Counted from the whole stretch's first letter, positions 27,306-37,860 are shown. The stretch is DNA of 63,976 nucleotides, filler included, from Nanobdellota archaeon (GCA_003660925.1; 6 parts of 6 records of this genome joined end to end with filler, not necessarily neighbours in it), one strand, 5' to 3'. Notes: generated by a model not told the origin, from the sequence alone. Translations and numbers: made by a program.

Positions 27306-27821
27306 TTATTCTAACAGCCTCTCCAAGTCGCTCCCAGTCACTACAGATGATCCCTTACTGACTATCTCTGTCTCATTCCTTCCTGTCTCCAGGAAGACCA
27401 ACGGGCCCTCTGTAGTCGCATAGAAGACGCCCTGAACCCTAGAAACTACTGGAGAAATTCCTCTCCCCACTATCATCTTGCTCCTCACAATGTTTGGCGT
27501 GAAATATTGAGTAGCCCTGTACTCATCACCTGTCCTCCCGACTGCCACGCCGCTCCCCGGTTTTAGGAAAATCCTCCTATCCCTCACTTCGATCATGTAG
27601 TTAAACGGAGTTCCCGAACCGAGAACACCCCTCGCACTAGCTAGTTGAATCCCTCCCACTTTCAGATACATCTCTCCGCTCCTCTCCATTACCGCAACCG
27701 CCCTAAGCCTCTGTTCGAGGCTTCCGTAATCTTCAGGCGCTATTTCCCTCCACTTGTCCTTAACGACCCTAACAGCCTCTCTTACCGCGTTTAAGAGTTT
27801 TTGGGACATAGTCACTACCAT
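27306..27821 (-). CDS. Hypothetical protein with an FHA-like domain
   Basis: AVGR..VSRVQGVF..FLETGRNET resembles the FHA GR / SRxH / NGT pattern. Confidence 0.55.
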   Translation of the reverse strand: MVVTMSQKLLNAVREAVRVVKDKWREIAPEDYGSLEQRLRAVAVMERSGEMYLKVGGIQLASARGVLGSGTPFNYMIEVRDRRIFLKPGSGVAVGRTGDEYRATQYFTPNIVRSKMIVGRGISPVVSRVQGVFYATTEGPLVFLETGRNETEIVSKGSSVVTGSDLERLLE

Positions 27822-27902
27822 AGAGTTAACAATTTTTAAAACTTTCCCTTTGTGGAAGCCCCATGGAAAAACATAAAAGCAGCAGTTGAGGGTGAACCAT
27901 CG

Positions 27903-28841
27903 ATGAACATAAGGGATTTACCAGGAGTTGGTGATAAGATAGCTGAGAAGTTGGAAGAGGCTGGGTACACCGATGTCATGGCCATAGCCGTGACCCCTGT
28001 CTACAAACTCGTAGAAGATACTGGGGTAGGGGAGGCGACTGCTAAGAAGATTATACAAGCAGCCAGGAGCAGTCTGAAGATGGGCTTCATGAGCGGGACA
28101 GAGCTCCTCGAGAGGAGGAAGGAAATAGGTTACATAACCACGGGGAGCAAGGAGTTAGATCGTTTGCTGGGAGGGAGGGGGGTGGAAACCCAAGCGATAA
28201 CCGAGGCCTTTGGGGAGTTCGGCTCTGGGAAGACGCAGTTGGGATTACAACTTTCCGTGAACGTTCAGCTCCCGGAGGAGGAAGGGGGCTTGGAAGGTTA
28301 TGCTGTTTGGATAGACACAGAGAACACATTTAGGCCTAGGAGGATAGCCATGATGGCAAAAGCCGTTGGATTGGACCCCGAAGAGGCCTTATCTAGGATA
28401 AGGGTGGCAAGGGCCTTCAGCAGCGATCACCAGATCTTGTTGGCGGAGAAGATCCCTGAGTTGATAGAAAGAGAAGGGATTCCCGTTAAATTAGTGGTGG
28501 TAGATTCCTTAACCGGATTGTTCAGGGCGGAGTACATAGGAAGGGGGACCTTGGCGGATAGGCAACAAAAACTGAATGCTCACTTGCACACCCTCCAGAG
28601 GATCGCAGATAGGTTCAACTTGGCAGTGTTCGTGACCAACCAAGTCATGGCAAGGCCAGATATCTTCTTTGGGGACCCGACTAAGGCTGTAGGAGGGCAT
28701 GTCTTGGCTCACGCTGCCACTTATAGGGTTTACCTGAGGAAGGGAAGAGAGGACAAGAGGATAGCCAGGCTGGTGGACTCCCCCTGCCTCCCGGAAGGGG
28801 AAGTCGTCTTCAGGATAACCGACGACGGCATAAGGGACTGA
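27903..28841 (+). CDS. radA: DNA repair and recombination protein RadA
   Basis: DLPGVG Hh[28 protein letters not shown] and GGHVLAH motifs. Confidence 0.98.
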   Translation: MNIRDLPGVGDKIAEKLEEAGYTDVMAIAVTPVYKLVEDTGVGEATAKKIIQAARSSLKMGFMSGTELLERRKEIGYITTGSKELDRLLGGRGVETQAITEAFGEFGSGKTQLGLQLSVNVQLPEEEGGLEGYAVWIDTENTFRPRRIAMMAKAVGLDPEEALSRIRVARAFSSDHQILLAEKIPELIEREGIPVKLVVVDSLTGLFRAEYIGRGTLADRQQKLNAHLHTLQRIADRFNLAVFVTNQVMARPDIFFGDPTKAVGGHVLAHAATYRVYLRKGREDKRIARLVDSPCLPEGEVVFRITDDGIRD

Positions 28842-28847
28842 TGGTGC

Positions 28848-29572
28848 ATGCTCATCGCCCTCGCTCAAGCGAAGGTAACGACAAACCTCGAGAGAAATTA
28901 CGAGCACTTCACCGAGTTGTTGGAAAGGGCAAGTAGGAAGGGGGCGGACCTCATTTGCTTTCCAGAGCTCTTCCCTTCTTCGGTGCCTCCCTTCTTTGAC
29001 GAACCGGAGGAATTGGCTGAGCGTTATGACATCAACCTGATAGCTGGTTTTGAGGAAGAAGGTTACAATGTCTGTAAGGTCTTCTCCCGTGAGGGAAAGT
29101 GTATCGGGGTTCAACGCAAGGTCTATACCGCTCGAAGTGAGAGATACAAGTGCGGAAAAAGCTGGAAGGTCTTCAACATCGAGGGGGTCAAGGTGGGCAT
29201 CGTGATCTGCTCCAGTCTGTGGCGGCCCGAGCCAGCTAGCATCTTACGTGAGAAGGGAGTTGACATCATCTTCAATCCATCGAGACTTTACGCCTTTCTA
29301 GCGAAATGGTGGGAACACGTCCCGTGAACATAAGCAACGATTTCCAGTGGGGAAGCACCTACTGGGCTGGAGGAGGTTCTAAGGTCATCGTCCCAATACC
29401 TCCAGAAACTATGGGAAGATCTTTCGCGGAGTGCCTGGAGATAGAGGAACCCATAAGCGTGAGTTCCTTGACGAAGCTTTCCATGAAGAAGGGTGAGACC
29501 TTAAGCTTCTGTAAGCTCACGAAAAGCGAGCTCGATGCCTTTAAAAAGTATAGGAACGTAAAGTTTGGTTAG
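28848..29572 (+). pseudogene. Carbon-nitrogen hydrolase (nitrilase family) split by a frameshift/deletion
   Basis: FPE, RK and IC triad in 28848..29327; C-terminal VN..GGGSKVI.P in another frame (29306..29572). Confidence 0.7.
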
Positions 29573-29875
29573 TTAGAGTTGCTCCGCGTACTTCCCTATG
29601 ATTGGGACGGGCTCCTGCTTACCTGTGAGGGCGTAGTAGACCCCTATTAACCAGAGGACCAACAACAAGATGAACCCTAGGCCTGCTATCACCCACCCTA
29701 TGACAGGTATCACCATGATCAATGTGAAGATGATGGCCGCCACACTGATCATGAGGCTCTGCTTCGCGTGATAGACCGCAAAAGTGTCCCTCCTCTTCAC
29801 TAGGTAAACCAAGATGAACCCAATGACCCCAAAGAGGTATGCTATGAAAGCCCACAACTTGCTCGAGGTTTCCAT
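29573..29875 (-). CDS. DUF4870-like membrane protein
   Basis: AFIAY..YHAKQS..IPVIGW..VPIIG motifs. Confidence 0.85.
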   Translation of the reverse strand: METSSKLWAFIAYLFGVIGFILVYLVKRRDTFAVYHAKQSLMISVAAIIFTLIMVIPVIGWVIAGLGFILLLVLWLIGVYYALTGKQEPVPIIGKYAEQL

Positions 29876-29907
29876 AGGTTTGAATAAAGCTTAGAAGATT
29901 AAATAAT

Positions 29908-30984
29908 TTACTTCTTCCTCCCAATGAATGCTTTCACGAGCTTGAATCCGAGGACTAGAGCAACCACCGCGCCCGCGGATATCAATAGGCCCCTGGCTGT
30001 TTCGTTCCTCAAGGCCCAAGTGAAGAAGTTCAAAAGAGGTGTCGGGACGGGTAAACCAAAGATACCATACTCGTGCTTCTCCTCCACCCATTCCCCCTCC
30101 TCATTGAGGTAGAGCATGCTCACGCTCAGGATCTTGGAATCTTGAGGGATATCAAGTCTCTCCTCGAAGCTCTCCTCAGTATGAGGGAGGATCGTCCTGT
30201 TAAAGGAAAATTCTTTCACCCCTTCGACGGAGAGGTAGAGCACTTTGAACACCACTTCCTGCTCTATATTCCCCATGTTGGAGAGGTTGACCCTCAAAAT
30301 GGTCTTGTTGAATATCTCCTCGGAAAAAGAGACGTTCACGTAGGGCACGATCACATTCACACTCAAGCTCTGGTTAGTCTTCATACCATCGTAGTCCCCA
30401 AAGAAAGTTATGGTAAAAGTCGTTGTGTTTTCCGGTTTCTGAAATTCTATTTTGACCTCCTGCTCCTCGTTCACGTCCAAGGAAAAGCTATCCGGGCTCA
30501 CGTCGAAGTAACCCTCTCCCTGGACTTCCCTTGACACCTGGAGGGGCACGTTTCCCACGTTCCTGACTGTGAGGCTGATGGAGGTGGTATTCTTAAAGGC
30601 GATGGCTTCTGCCTCTTTCTTGGACAACTGAAGCATGGGTGTGGGGAGGATGATCAAAGTCCTCCTACTGGTACCGCTCTCATCCTTGGTGTGAAACTCT
30701 AAGGTGAGGGTGTAGTTCCCAGCAGGTATGTTGGAAGTGAAAAAAGGTTTGCTTTCGTTCACGTAGGAGGTCGTCACCTCTCTCTCCTCTATGGTCTCGT
30801 TGTACCTTTCTCCCATAAGAATGACCGAATAACTGAGTTCCTTTTGGACGCCCAGGTCTATGAAGTAGGAGATCATGAGACTGTCATAGGCTGGGACAGA
30901 GCTCTTGCTGAGGGAAATGTCATAAGAAACAGCGTGAGACGGAAAGAGGAATAGCAACGAAATCAGGGGGAGGAATTTCCTCAT
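29908..30984 (-). CDS. Secreted Ig-like repeat surface protein with a C-terminal TM anchor
   Basis: Signal peptide MRKFLPLISLL; N.GN motifs; many N-x-S/T sequons; C-terminal TM helix plus basic tail. Confidence 0.75.
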   Translation of the reverse strand: MRKFLPLISLLFLFPSHAVSYDISLSKSSVPAYDSLMISYFIDLGVQKELSYSVILMGERYNETIEEREVTTSYVNESKPFFTSNIPAGNYTLTLEFHTKDESGTSRRTLIILPTPMLQLSKKEAEAIAFKNTTSISLTVRNVGNVPLQVSREVQGEGYFDVSPDSFSLDVNEEQEVKIEFQKPENTTTFTITFFGDYDGMKTNQSLSVNVIVPYVNVSFSEEIFNKTILRVNLSNMGNIEQEVVFKVLYLSVEGVKEFSFNRTILPHTEESFEERLDIPQDSKILSVSMLYLNEEGEWVEEKHEYGIFGLPVPTPLLNFFTWALRNETARGLLISAGAVVALVLGFKLVKAFIGRKK

Positions 30985-31142
30985 AGGGATAGGATTCATG
31001 TTCTCAAATATAAGGTTTTGTGTCTTTTTATGCGGAAGCTCGAATGAAAAGTTTTTAAATGTACTTCTCCATATTAAGTGCATGGGTGGTCGCTTTTGCC
31101 TTTGAGGGAAATCTTTTTAGTTCTGAGTTTCTAAAAAATTGT

Positions 31143-31245
31143 GCCGGGGTGACCGAGTGGCTAGGTGGTCGGCTGCAGAGCGTTGGTGTGCTGATCAGTG
31201 ATGCGGAGACACCGACATACCGGGGTTCGAATCCCCGCCCCGGCT
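31143..31245 (+). tRNA. tRNA-Cys(GCA) with a 32-nt intron at 37/38 (31179-31210)
   Basis: GCCGGGG/CCCCGGC-T; anticodon arm GTCGG-CT-GCA-G|intron|A-CCGAC; relaxed BHB with one G.G mismatch in the central helix; directly upstream of cysS. Confidence 0.93.
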
Positions 31246-31261
31246 TCTTCGAGGTGATCGA

Positions 31262-32689
31262 ATGAGGATATACAATACCTTGGCCGGAAAGAAAGAGGAA
31301 TTCAGACCCCTCAGGAAAGGAAGGGTGCACATGTACGTGTGCGGTCCCACCGTTTATGGAGACGCCCATCTCGGGCACGCCAGGACTAACGTCGCCTTCG
31401 ACCTAGTGGTGAGGTTCTTGAGATTTTTGGGATATGATGTGAGATACGTGAGGAACTTCACGGACGTGGGACATTTGACGGAAGAGACTTTAAGGGATAA
31501 AGTAGTGAGCAAGGCGAAGGAGATGGGAGTTCATCCCATGGAGGTGGCGGAGCACTACATAAATTCTTTCCTGAAGGACATGGATGCCCTCTACGTGGAG
31601 AGGCCCAACATAATGCCAAGGGCTTCCGGACACATCCACGAGATAATCGAGGCCGTGAGGAAACTTGAGGAGAAAGGTTACACCTATGAGATTGACGATG
31701 GTGTGTACTTCGATTTGAGCAAGTTCAAGGACTATGGCAAGCTCTCTCACCAAAAGCCGGAGAAGTTGATAAGACACAGGGTAGAACCGAACCCGAAGAA
31801 GAGGAACCCAGCGGACTTCGCGCTCTGGAGGAAGGCGAAGAAGGACGACATCCTCTACTGGGAAAGCCCCTGGGGGAAGGGATATCCTGGGTGGCACATA
31901 GAGTGTTCGGTCATGAGCATGAAGTATTTAGGAGAAACTTTGGACATACATGGAGGTGGAGCGGACCTCATATTCCCACATCACGAAAACGAAATCGTTC
32001 AATCCGAATCCCTGACAGGAAAAACGTTCTCCAGGTATTGGATGCACGTCGGATTAGTGACTATAAATGGGGAGAAAATGGCGAAGTCAAAGGGAAACTT
32101 CATCCTAGTGAAGGACCTCCTGAAGAAGTATGATGGAGAGGTCTTGAGGCTTTTCCTCCTCTCCACTCACTACAGGAGCCCTTTGGACTTCAACGAAGAG
32201 GGAGTCAAACAAGCGGAAAAGAACTTGAGGGGTCTCTACAACACCTTGTTCGCCCTTAAAAGCGCGGGAAGGAAAAAGGATAAGGATGAAGAAGACAAGA
32301 GATTCGAGAAGGAGATCGAAAAGGCTAGGGAGGGGATGATAGAAGCTTTGAAGGACGACTTCAACACGCCCAAGGCCCTATCTCAGATCTACGAGTTCGC
32401 GGGGAAGGTGAATGAGTTCTTGAGCAAGCCCAGAAATGAGGAGACCTTGCAGAAGATAAAGGGGTTTTTCGAGGACGTGAAGAGGATCTTCGGGATCCTC
32501 AACAAGGAGCCGAAACTCTCAGGGAAGGAAGAAGAACTGATAGAGCTGTTGATGGAAGTGAGGAAAAGGTTGAGGAAAGAGAAGTTGTACGAGCTGAGCG
32601 ATTGGATCAGGAAGAAGATGAGGGAGTTAGGGATAGAGCTTCAAGACATAGGCGAGGAGACGAGATACGTCATAAGGGAATTGCGTTGA
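31262..32689 (+). CDS. cysS: Cysteine--tRNA ligase
   Basis: [20 protein letters not shown] and KMAKS motifs. Confidence 0.98.
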   Translation: MRIYNTLAGKKEEFRPLRKGRVHMYVCGPTVYGDAHLGHARTNVAFDLVVRFLRFLGYDVRYVRNFTDVGHLTEETLRDKVVSKAKEMGVHPMEVAEHYINSFLKDMDALYVERPNIMPRASGHIHEIIEAVRKLEEKGYTYEIDDGVYFDLSKFKDYGKLSHQKPEKLIRHRVEPNPKKRNPADFALWRKAKKDDILYWESPWGKGYPGWHIECSVMSMKYLGETLDIHGGGADLIFPHHENEIVQSESLTGKTFSRYWMHVGLVTINGEKMAKSKGNFILVKDLLKKYDGEVLRLFLLSTHYRSPLDFNEEGVKQAEKNLRGLYNTLFALKSAGRKKDKDEEDKRFEKEIEKAREGMIEALKDDFNTPKALSQIYEFAGKVNEFLSKPRNEETLQKIKGFFEDVKRIFGILNKEPKLSGKEEELIELLMEVRKRLRKEKLYELSDWIRKKMRELGIELQDIGEETRYVIRELR

Positions 32690-33560
32690 AGCCCTCTTTC
32701 CTCAGCTCAAGGGCGAGTTCTCTCTTAAACCCATGAGTGACATAGACCACTTCAGGATCCACCTTCCTGACAGTCCTTACCAGGCCTTCGAAGTCCGCGT
32801 GATCGGAGAGGGGAAAAGAGGCATCGTAACCTGAGATATCCTTGGCCCAGCCAGAAAAGAACGCTCTCTTGGCCTCCACCTTCAGGTTGTTCTTCGGAGG
32901 GGCGATCAGGATAAAAGGAGGTCTCAAGAAACCTTCCCTCCTAGCCTCTCCGTAGGTCATGAATCCATCCAACTCTATCCCGAACTTGGAATACACCTTG
33001 TTCACCTTCAACAAAGAACCGTGGATATAGATGGGGTAGCTCATCCTCTCGAAAAAATATTCGAGGATCTGGGCCTTTCCCAAGGAATAGCCCAACAACA
33101 TCACATTATTCCCCTTCCTGAGCTCGTCCTCAACCCAATCTCTCGCCTCTTTCAGCACATCCATTGGATCGGGGAAGATGTAATCAGGTCTCCCAAAAGT
33201 GGACTCTATTACCAAGATATCTGCCTTTCTCGGGACGAATCTCCTCATGAACAACCTGTCTCTGTCGCAAAAATCCCCGGTATAGAGCAGTGTCTTTTCT
33301 CCCTCATAAAACAAGGCGCTTGAACCCAGGATGTGACCGGCATCCAAGAGCTTTATATTCGGTATGTCTTCCTCCCTCACCCTCCCTTCCTTTCCATACC
33401 TTTCCCTTATCAGCTCTGCAGTTTCCGGGGTACATATCACTTTCTCCCCGACCACGTGGTCGCAATGGGCGTGGGAGATGAAGGTGTAATCCCCCGGACT
33501 GTCTAACCCCAACCTCACGCCGTCCTCTATCACGATCCCCCTATCCACCAGAATTCTCAT
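32670..33560 (-). CDS. MBL-fold beta-CASP exonuclease (SNM1/Artemis-like)
   Basis: SHAHCDH, AGHILGS, YTGDF, ESTFG, SLGKAQ, SDHAD and THG motifs. Confidence 0.88.
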   Translation of the reverse strand: MRILVDRGIVIEDGVRLGLDSPGDYTFISHAHCDHVVGEKVICTPETAELIRERYGKEGRVREEDIPNIKLLDAGHILGSSALFYEGEKTLLYTGDFCDRDRLFMRRFVPRKADILVIESTFGRPDYIFPDPMDVLKEARDWVEDELRKGNNVMLLGYSLGKAQILEYFFERMSYPIYIHGSLLKVNKVYSKFGIELDGFMTYGEARREGFLRPPFILIAPPKNNLKVEAKRAFFSGWAKDISGYDASFPLSDHADFEGLVRTVRKVDPEVVYVTHGFKRELALELRKEGFNAIPL

Positions 33561-34456
33561 TTCCCAGCGATCTTCTCCTTCAAGAGATTCACGAGTTCGT
33601 CCGCGCTCATCCCTATCCCAGCCCCGGCCAGCATAGCGTTCGCGTTCTTCCCAATGTCCTCAAGGACCTGAAGGAATTGCATGGGGAAAATGATCTTGGT
33701 AGCCTGCCCTCTCCCGAGCTCTTCCAAAGCCTTTATGTAGAAGTACATGATGGCCCTGTCGTCCAAGTTCTTGGCCGCATCCCCTATGGCGGAGATCATC
33801 ACCCTCTTCGCCTCTGCCAAGAACCTCTGGGCCTGTAGCTGTTGGGCGGCTATCTCCTTCTGCTGCATGGCGATGGCTATCTCCTCTGGCGGTGAGACGC
33901 TCCTTATCTGAATGGAAGGGACGTCTATCCCCCATCTCCAGGTCTGTCTCCTGACCGCATCGCTCACCATGTCGTTCAGGGAGTCCAAGTTGGAGAAGAG
34001 TTCCCTCATGTGCATGCTCCCTATCACGTTCCTGACCTGGGAAACCAACAAGTTCTGCAATGCCCTCTGATAATCATCTATCTGCAGGACCGCCTTGCTC
34101 GGGTCTATTATCCTGTAGTAAGCTATACCATCCACCTTAAGTCTTAAATCGTCCTTGGTGAAGGCAAGGGGAATCTCCAAGCTTATCATGTGGGTCCTCA
34201 CATCCAGCTTCTGAAATTCCTTCTCGAAGAAGGGGATCACTATGCTCCAACCGGGCCCGGCAATGCGGTTGAACTTCCCTAGCCTGAATATGATGGCCCT
34301 TTCATATTCATCATACTTCTTCACGAAAAACTTGAAGAAGATCGCCACCAAGAAGAAGGCAAGGAGGATGTAGGTCAACACCCTGAAGGCCGCGAAGCTC
34401 AAGTACAACCAAAGGAATATGAGGAGTCCGAGCAGGAGCCAAAATTCTCCGACCAT
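33557..34456 (-). CDS. SPFH/band 7 (stomatin-like) protein
   Basis: EYERAIIFRLGK, TKD and WGIDV motifs. Confidence 0.92.
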   Translation of the reverse strand: MVGEFWLLLGLLIFLWLYLSFAAFRVLTYILLAFFLVAIFFKFFVKKYDEYERAIIFRLGKFNRIAGPGWSIVIPFFEKEFQKLDVRTHMISLEIPLAFTKDDLRLKVDGIAYYRIIDPSKAVLQIDDYQRALQNLLVSQVRNVIGSMHMRELFSNLDSLNDMVSDAVRRQTWRWGIDVPSIQIRSVSPPEEIAIAMQQKEIAAQQLQAQRFLAEAKRVMISAIGDAAKNLDDRAIMYFYIKALEELGRGQATKIIFPMQFLQVLEDIGKNANAMLAGAGIGMSADELVNLLKEKIAGK

Positions 34457-34568
34457 TTTGATTATAAGGCTCGCCCTCTATTTAAGATTTTTCCGATGAA
34501 AACCAGTATTTTGGTTTCAAAATCTTTTTAAAAAGGGCTGGGCTTCTTAAGAGAAGGGGGTGAAATGC

Positions 34569-34838
34569 ATGCCAGAGGTCAATGAGGTCTTCGTGGGCAA
34601 AAAGCCTTTTATGAACTATGTGACCGCCGTAGTGCTCCAGTTCAACTCTGGGGCAAAAAAAGTGGTCATCAAGGCCAGGGGAAAGTACATCTCCAGAGCA
34701 GTGGATGTGGCAGAAGTCGTGAGGAACAGGTTTGCAAAGGACGTCAAGGTTGAGGACGTCAAGATAGGTTCAGAGGAATTCGAGGCAGAGGACAAGAAGG
34801 CAAGGACGAGCACCATAGAGATCACTCTTTCCAAATAA
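34569..34838 (+). CDS. albA: DNA/RNA-binding protein Alba
   Basis: GKKPFMNYV and [15 protein letters not shown] motifs. Confidence 0.97.
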   Translation: MPEVNEVFVGKKPFMNYVTAVVLQFNSGAKKVVIKARGKYISRAVDVAEVVRNRFAKDVKVEDVKIGSEEFEAEDKKARTSTIEITLSK

Positions 34839-34868
34839 GTTTTTATTCCCCCTTTTTACATTCTTCCC

Positions 34869-35603
34869 ATGATAGACGTTCACTGTCACCTCAACGACGA
34901 GGCATTCGATGAGGACAGGGAGGATGTGGTCAAGAGGGCGAAAGAGAAAGGGATCACGATCATAGACTCGGGCACGAGTTATGAGGAAGACTTAAAGAGC
35001 TTGGAGATAAGTGGAAAGTACGACAACGTTCATTCCACTTTAGGGTTTGACCCCCTCATCGCGGATGTGGAAGAGGCGAAGAGGATCATAGAACTCCTAC
35101 GGGAAAGGAAAAGAGATGTCGTTGGGGTAGGTGAAGTAGGGCTCGATTACTACGAGAAGAACAAGGAGAAAAGGAAGGTTCAAGCGGAGATCTTCGAGAT
35201 GTTCATAGACCTCTCCAAGGAGTTGAAGCTTCCCTTGGTGGTGCACTCTAGGTGGGCTCCCAAGCAAGTCTTAGAGATCTTAGAGGAAAAGGGGGCGAAG
35301 TCTGTGGTGCTCCATGCATTCCCGGGAAACGAAAAAGAGGCTAAAAGGGCGATAGAGGACGGTTATTTCATCTCCATTCCTACCAGCGTCCTCTACTCAA
35401 AACAAAAGCAATTGATGGCGAAGATCGTCCCCTTAAAGAATATGGTCCTAGAAACGGACAGTCCCATCTTTTGGAAGGGAAGGAATGAACCTGTAAACGT
35501 AATTCGCGCCGCAGAGGAGATAGCGAGGATAAGGGGAATAGATTTAAATGAGGTAATAGATTGGACAACCAGGAACGCGAGGAAGGTGTTCAAGATTGAT
35601 TGA
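34869..35603 (+). CDS. tatD: TatD-family DNase
   Basis: IDVHCH, GEVGLD, VHSR and ETDSP motifs. Confidence 0.94.
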   Translation: MIDVHCHLNDEAFDEDREDVVKRAKEKGITIIDSGTSYEEDLKSLEISGKYDNVHSTLGFDPLIADVEEAKRIIELLRERKRDVVGVGEVGLDYYEKNKEKRKVQAEIFEMFIDLSKELKLPLVVHSRWAPKQVLEILEEKGAKSVVLHAFPGNEKEAKRAIEDGYFISIPTSVLYSKQKQLMAKIVPLKNMVLETDSPIFWKGRNEPVNVIRAAEEIARIRGIDLNEVIDWTTRNARKVFKID

Positions 35604-35807
35604 GCTCATCTTCTTGGGGACGAGCGACATGTTTCCCACCCCGAAGAGGAACCATCCCTCCATCTACTTGAGGTACGAAGGAGACTACATGTTGTTCGAT
35701 TGTGGGGAGGGAACCCAAAGGCAGATGAAGTGCGCGAAGCTTAAACCAGCGAGGTTGGACTACATCTTCATAACCCATTGGCACGGGGACCACTCTTTAG
35801 GACTCCC
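35596..35807 (+). CDS. rnz: Ribonuclease Z, N-terminal fragment (cut by contig end)
   Basis: [19 protein letters not shown] and THWHGDH motifs. Confidence 0.9.
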
Positions 35808-35907
35808 NNNNNNNNNNNNNNNNNNNNNNNNNNNNNNNNNNNNNNNNNNNNTTAATTAATTAANNNNNNNNNNNNNNNNNNNNNNNNNNNNNNNNNNNNN
35901 NNNNNNN
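35808..35907. other. Artificial contig linker
   Basis: N44-TTAATTAATTAA-N44. Confidence 0.98.
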
Positions 35908-36173
35908 TACACTACGCTTACGAAATAAGAGGTATGCCGGAGATAGAGGAGGCAAAAGTGAGTCGGGAGGAATTAGAACTGGCAAAGGAGCTGATAAAGA
36001 AGATGAGCATGAAACTCGACATGAGTAAGTTCAAGGATGAATACGCTGAGGCTTTCAAGGAGATGATAAAGAAGAAGCTTAAGGGAGAGAAGATAGAGGT
36101 TAAGGTAGAGGAGAGGGAGGCCAAGGCGAAGAGCTTAGTGGACGCTCTAAAAAGGAGCTTGAAGAAGAGATGA
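35908..36173 (+). CDS. ku: Prokaryotic Ku protein, C-terminal fragment (5' end lost at contig start)
   Basis: HYAYEIR..ELELAKELI..FKDEY..SLVDALKRSL match Ku C-terminal motifs; coupled to a ligase gene. Confidence 0.85.
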
Positions 36174-37108
36174 TAAAGCCCATGCTCTGTTTCTCGAGCG
36201 AACCCTTTGATGATGAGGAGTGGATATTTCAGCTCAAGCTCGATGGGACGAGGACGATTTGTTACGTCAATCATGAGATAAAACTGATCAATCGCAGGAT
36301 GGTGGACTTCACTTACAGGTACCCTGAGATAACAAAAGCGGTGAAAGAAGGATTCAAGGGAAGAAGTGGGATCTTGGACGGAGAGATAGTCATCTTTAAC
36401 GAAGAAGGGTTGCCGGACTTCTCCAAGCTTCAGACGAGGGAGCATGTCGGTAATAAGTTCAGGATAGAGCTCCTTTCCAAACAGATGCCCGCCACCTACG
36501 TCTTATTCGACATCATCTCCCTGAACGGGGAGGACTTGAGCCAAAAACCCCTCATGGAAAGGATCAAAATCCTTAAGGAGAACGTGAAGGAGGTCTCTCA
36601 CCTCATGATCCTCGATTACGTGGATACTTATGGGAAGAAGTTCTTCGAGGAAGTGAGGAAGCTGGGGATAGAGGGTATTGTGGCCAAGAAAAAGGACTCT
36701 CCATACGTCCAGAAGAGGAGCAAGTTCTGGCTCAAGATAAAGGCGCTGAAGACCATCGACTGCGTGATCCTGGGGTACACACCGGGAAAAGGAAAAAGAA
36801 AGGGATTGTTCGGAGCTTTGTTGTTAGGGGCTTATGATGAGAAGAAATTACACTACCTCGGTAGGGTGGGGACGGGTTGGAGTCGAGAGGACATGGAGAA
36901 GTTGAAGAAAGAGATGGATAAGCTCAGGACCAGGAGGTATGAGGTGGAGGAGTACGATGAGCACTTGGAGGTCATCTGGATAAAACCCAAGCTCGTCTGC
37001 GAGGTCAAGTACTTGGAAATGAAGGACAAGTTGAGGGCGCCGAGCTTCGTGAGGCTTAGGTACGATAAACTCCCGAAGGAGTGCACCCTAAAGGAGGTAG
37101 AGCAGTGA
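36170..37108 (+). CDS. ligD: ATP-dependent DNA ligase, LigD/LigC-type ligase domain
   Basis: KLDG, LDGEIV, FDI, EGIVAK, WLKIK, GRVGTG and LRAPSF..LR.DK motifs; no N-terminal DNA-binding domain. Confidence 0.88.
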   Translation: MIKPMLCFSSEPFDDEEWIFQLKLDGTRTICYVNHEIKLINRRMVDFTYRYPEITKAVKEGFKGRSGILDGEIVIFNEEGLPDFSKLQTREHVGNKFRIELLSKQMPATYVLFDIISLNGEDLSQKPLMERIKILKENVKEVSHLMILDYVDTYGKKFFEEVRKLGIEGIVAKKKDSPYVQKRSKFWLKIKALKTIDCVILGYTPGKGKRKGLFGALLLGAYDEKKLHYLGRVGTGWSREDMEKLKKEMDKLRTRRYEVEEYDEHLEVIWIKPKLVCEVKYLEMKDKLRAPSFVRLRYDKLPKECTLKEVEQ

Positions 37109-37807
37109 CAGTCCTAAGAGGAAGAAGAGGTAGGAGAAAAGGCTCCTTTTCAGGTCTACTTGTTTGTGCAATTCGGGAATGAGATCGGAGGCTGAGATGT
37201 AAATGAAGCCCCCAGCAGCGAACGGGAGCATGAGGGAGGAGAAGTAATCGGAAAGCCCGGAGAGCATGTATCCTCCAAGTCCACCGAGCACACAGGTTAG
37301 TTGGGAAAGGAAGTTGTAGAACAACGCCCTCTTCTTTTCCATCCCTCCAAATATCAACACGCTGAAGTCCCCCAATTCCTGGGGAATCTCGTGAGAGATT
37401 ATGGCAAGAGTAGTGACCACTCCCAAACCTAGGTTGAAGGAGAAGGCGGCAGCGATTATGAGGCCATCGATGAAGTTATGGATCCCATCTCCTAGGAGGA
37501 TCATGTAAGTGAAGGGATGGACATCGCATCTCCCTTGATGACAATGGTGCCATTTTATCACTCTCTCTAACACGAAGAAAAGGGAGAATCCTGTGATCAA
37601 CATGGAGAAGCTCATCCTCGGTTCTAAGTTCTCCAAGGATTCCTCGAGCAAGTGGAAGAAAGCGCCCCCTAAAAGGGCTCCTGTTGAAAAGGAGACCAGG
37701 ACGAATACGAGCTTGTCTAAGGTCTTCTCCCTCACCCAAAGGGAGAAAATTCCCACTAGGGATATCAAGCCGTCCAAGAAGGTGGCCAGCAACACATAAA
37801 GCAACAT
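37088..37807 (-). CDS. ZIP-family metal transporter
   Basis: HHCH, GDGIHNFIDG and HEIPQELGD motifs. Confidence 0.93.
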   Translation of the reverse strand: MLLYVLLATFLDGLISLVGIFSLWVREKTLDKLVFVLVSFSTGALLGGAFFHLLEESLENLEPRMSFSMLITGFSLFFVLERVIKWHHCHQGRCDVHPFTYMILLGDGIHNFIDGLIIAAAFSFNLGLGVVTTLAIISHEIPQELGDFSVLIFGGMEKKRALFYNFLSQLTCVLGGLGGYMLSGLSDYFSSLMLPFAAGGFIYISASDLIPELHKQVDLKRSLFSYLFFLLGLSLLYLL

Positions 37808-37860
37808 GCTTTTTACTCCTCCCCCGAAAGATATAAACCTAACGAAGGGCCCTTTCCAAC

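Noticed and set aside
31184..31190. tRNA-Cys intron guide pairing with 16S CACACCG near position 1400
   Set aside because: Only 7 bp including a G.U pair; weaker than the self-target
31055..31378. ORFs 31059..31265 (+) and 31055..31378 (-)
   Set aside because: Overlap tRNA-Cys and cysS; no protein-like features
34501..34518. AAACCA-N6-TGGTTT inverted repeat between the SPFH gene and albA
   Set aside because: 6-bp arms in AT-rich DNA with a single occurrence; too weak to call an operator
32670..37108. Artemis-like nuclease as part of the Ku/ligase locus
   Set aside because: A contig linker separates them, so the proximity is artificial
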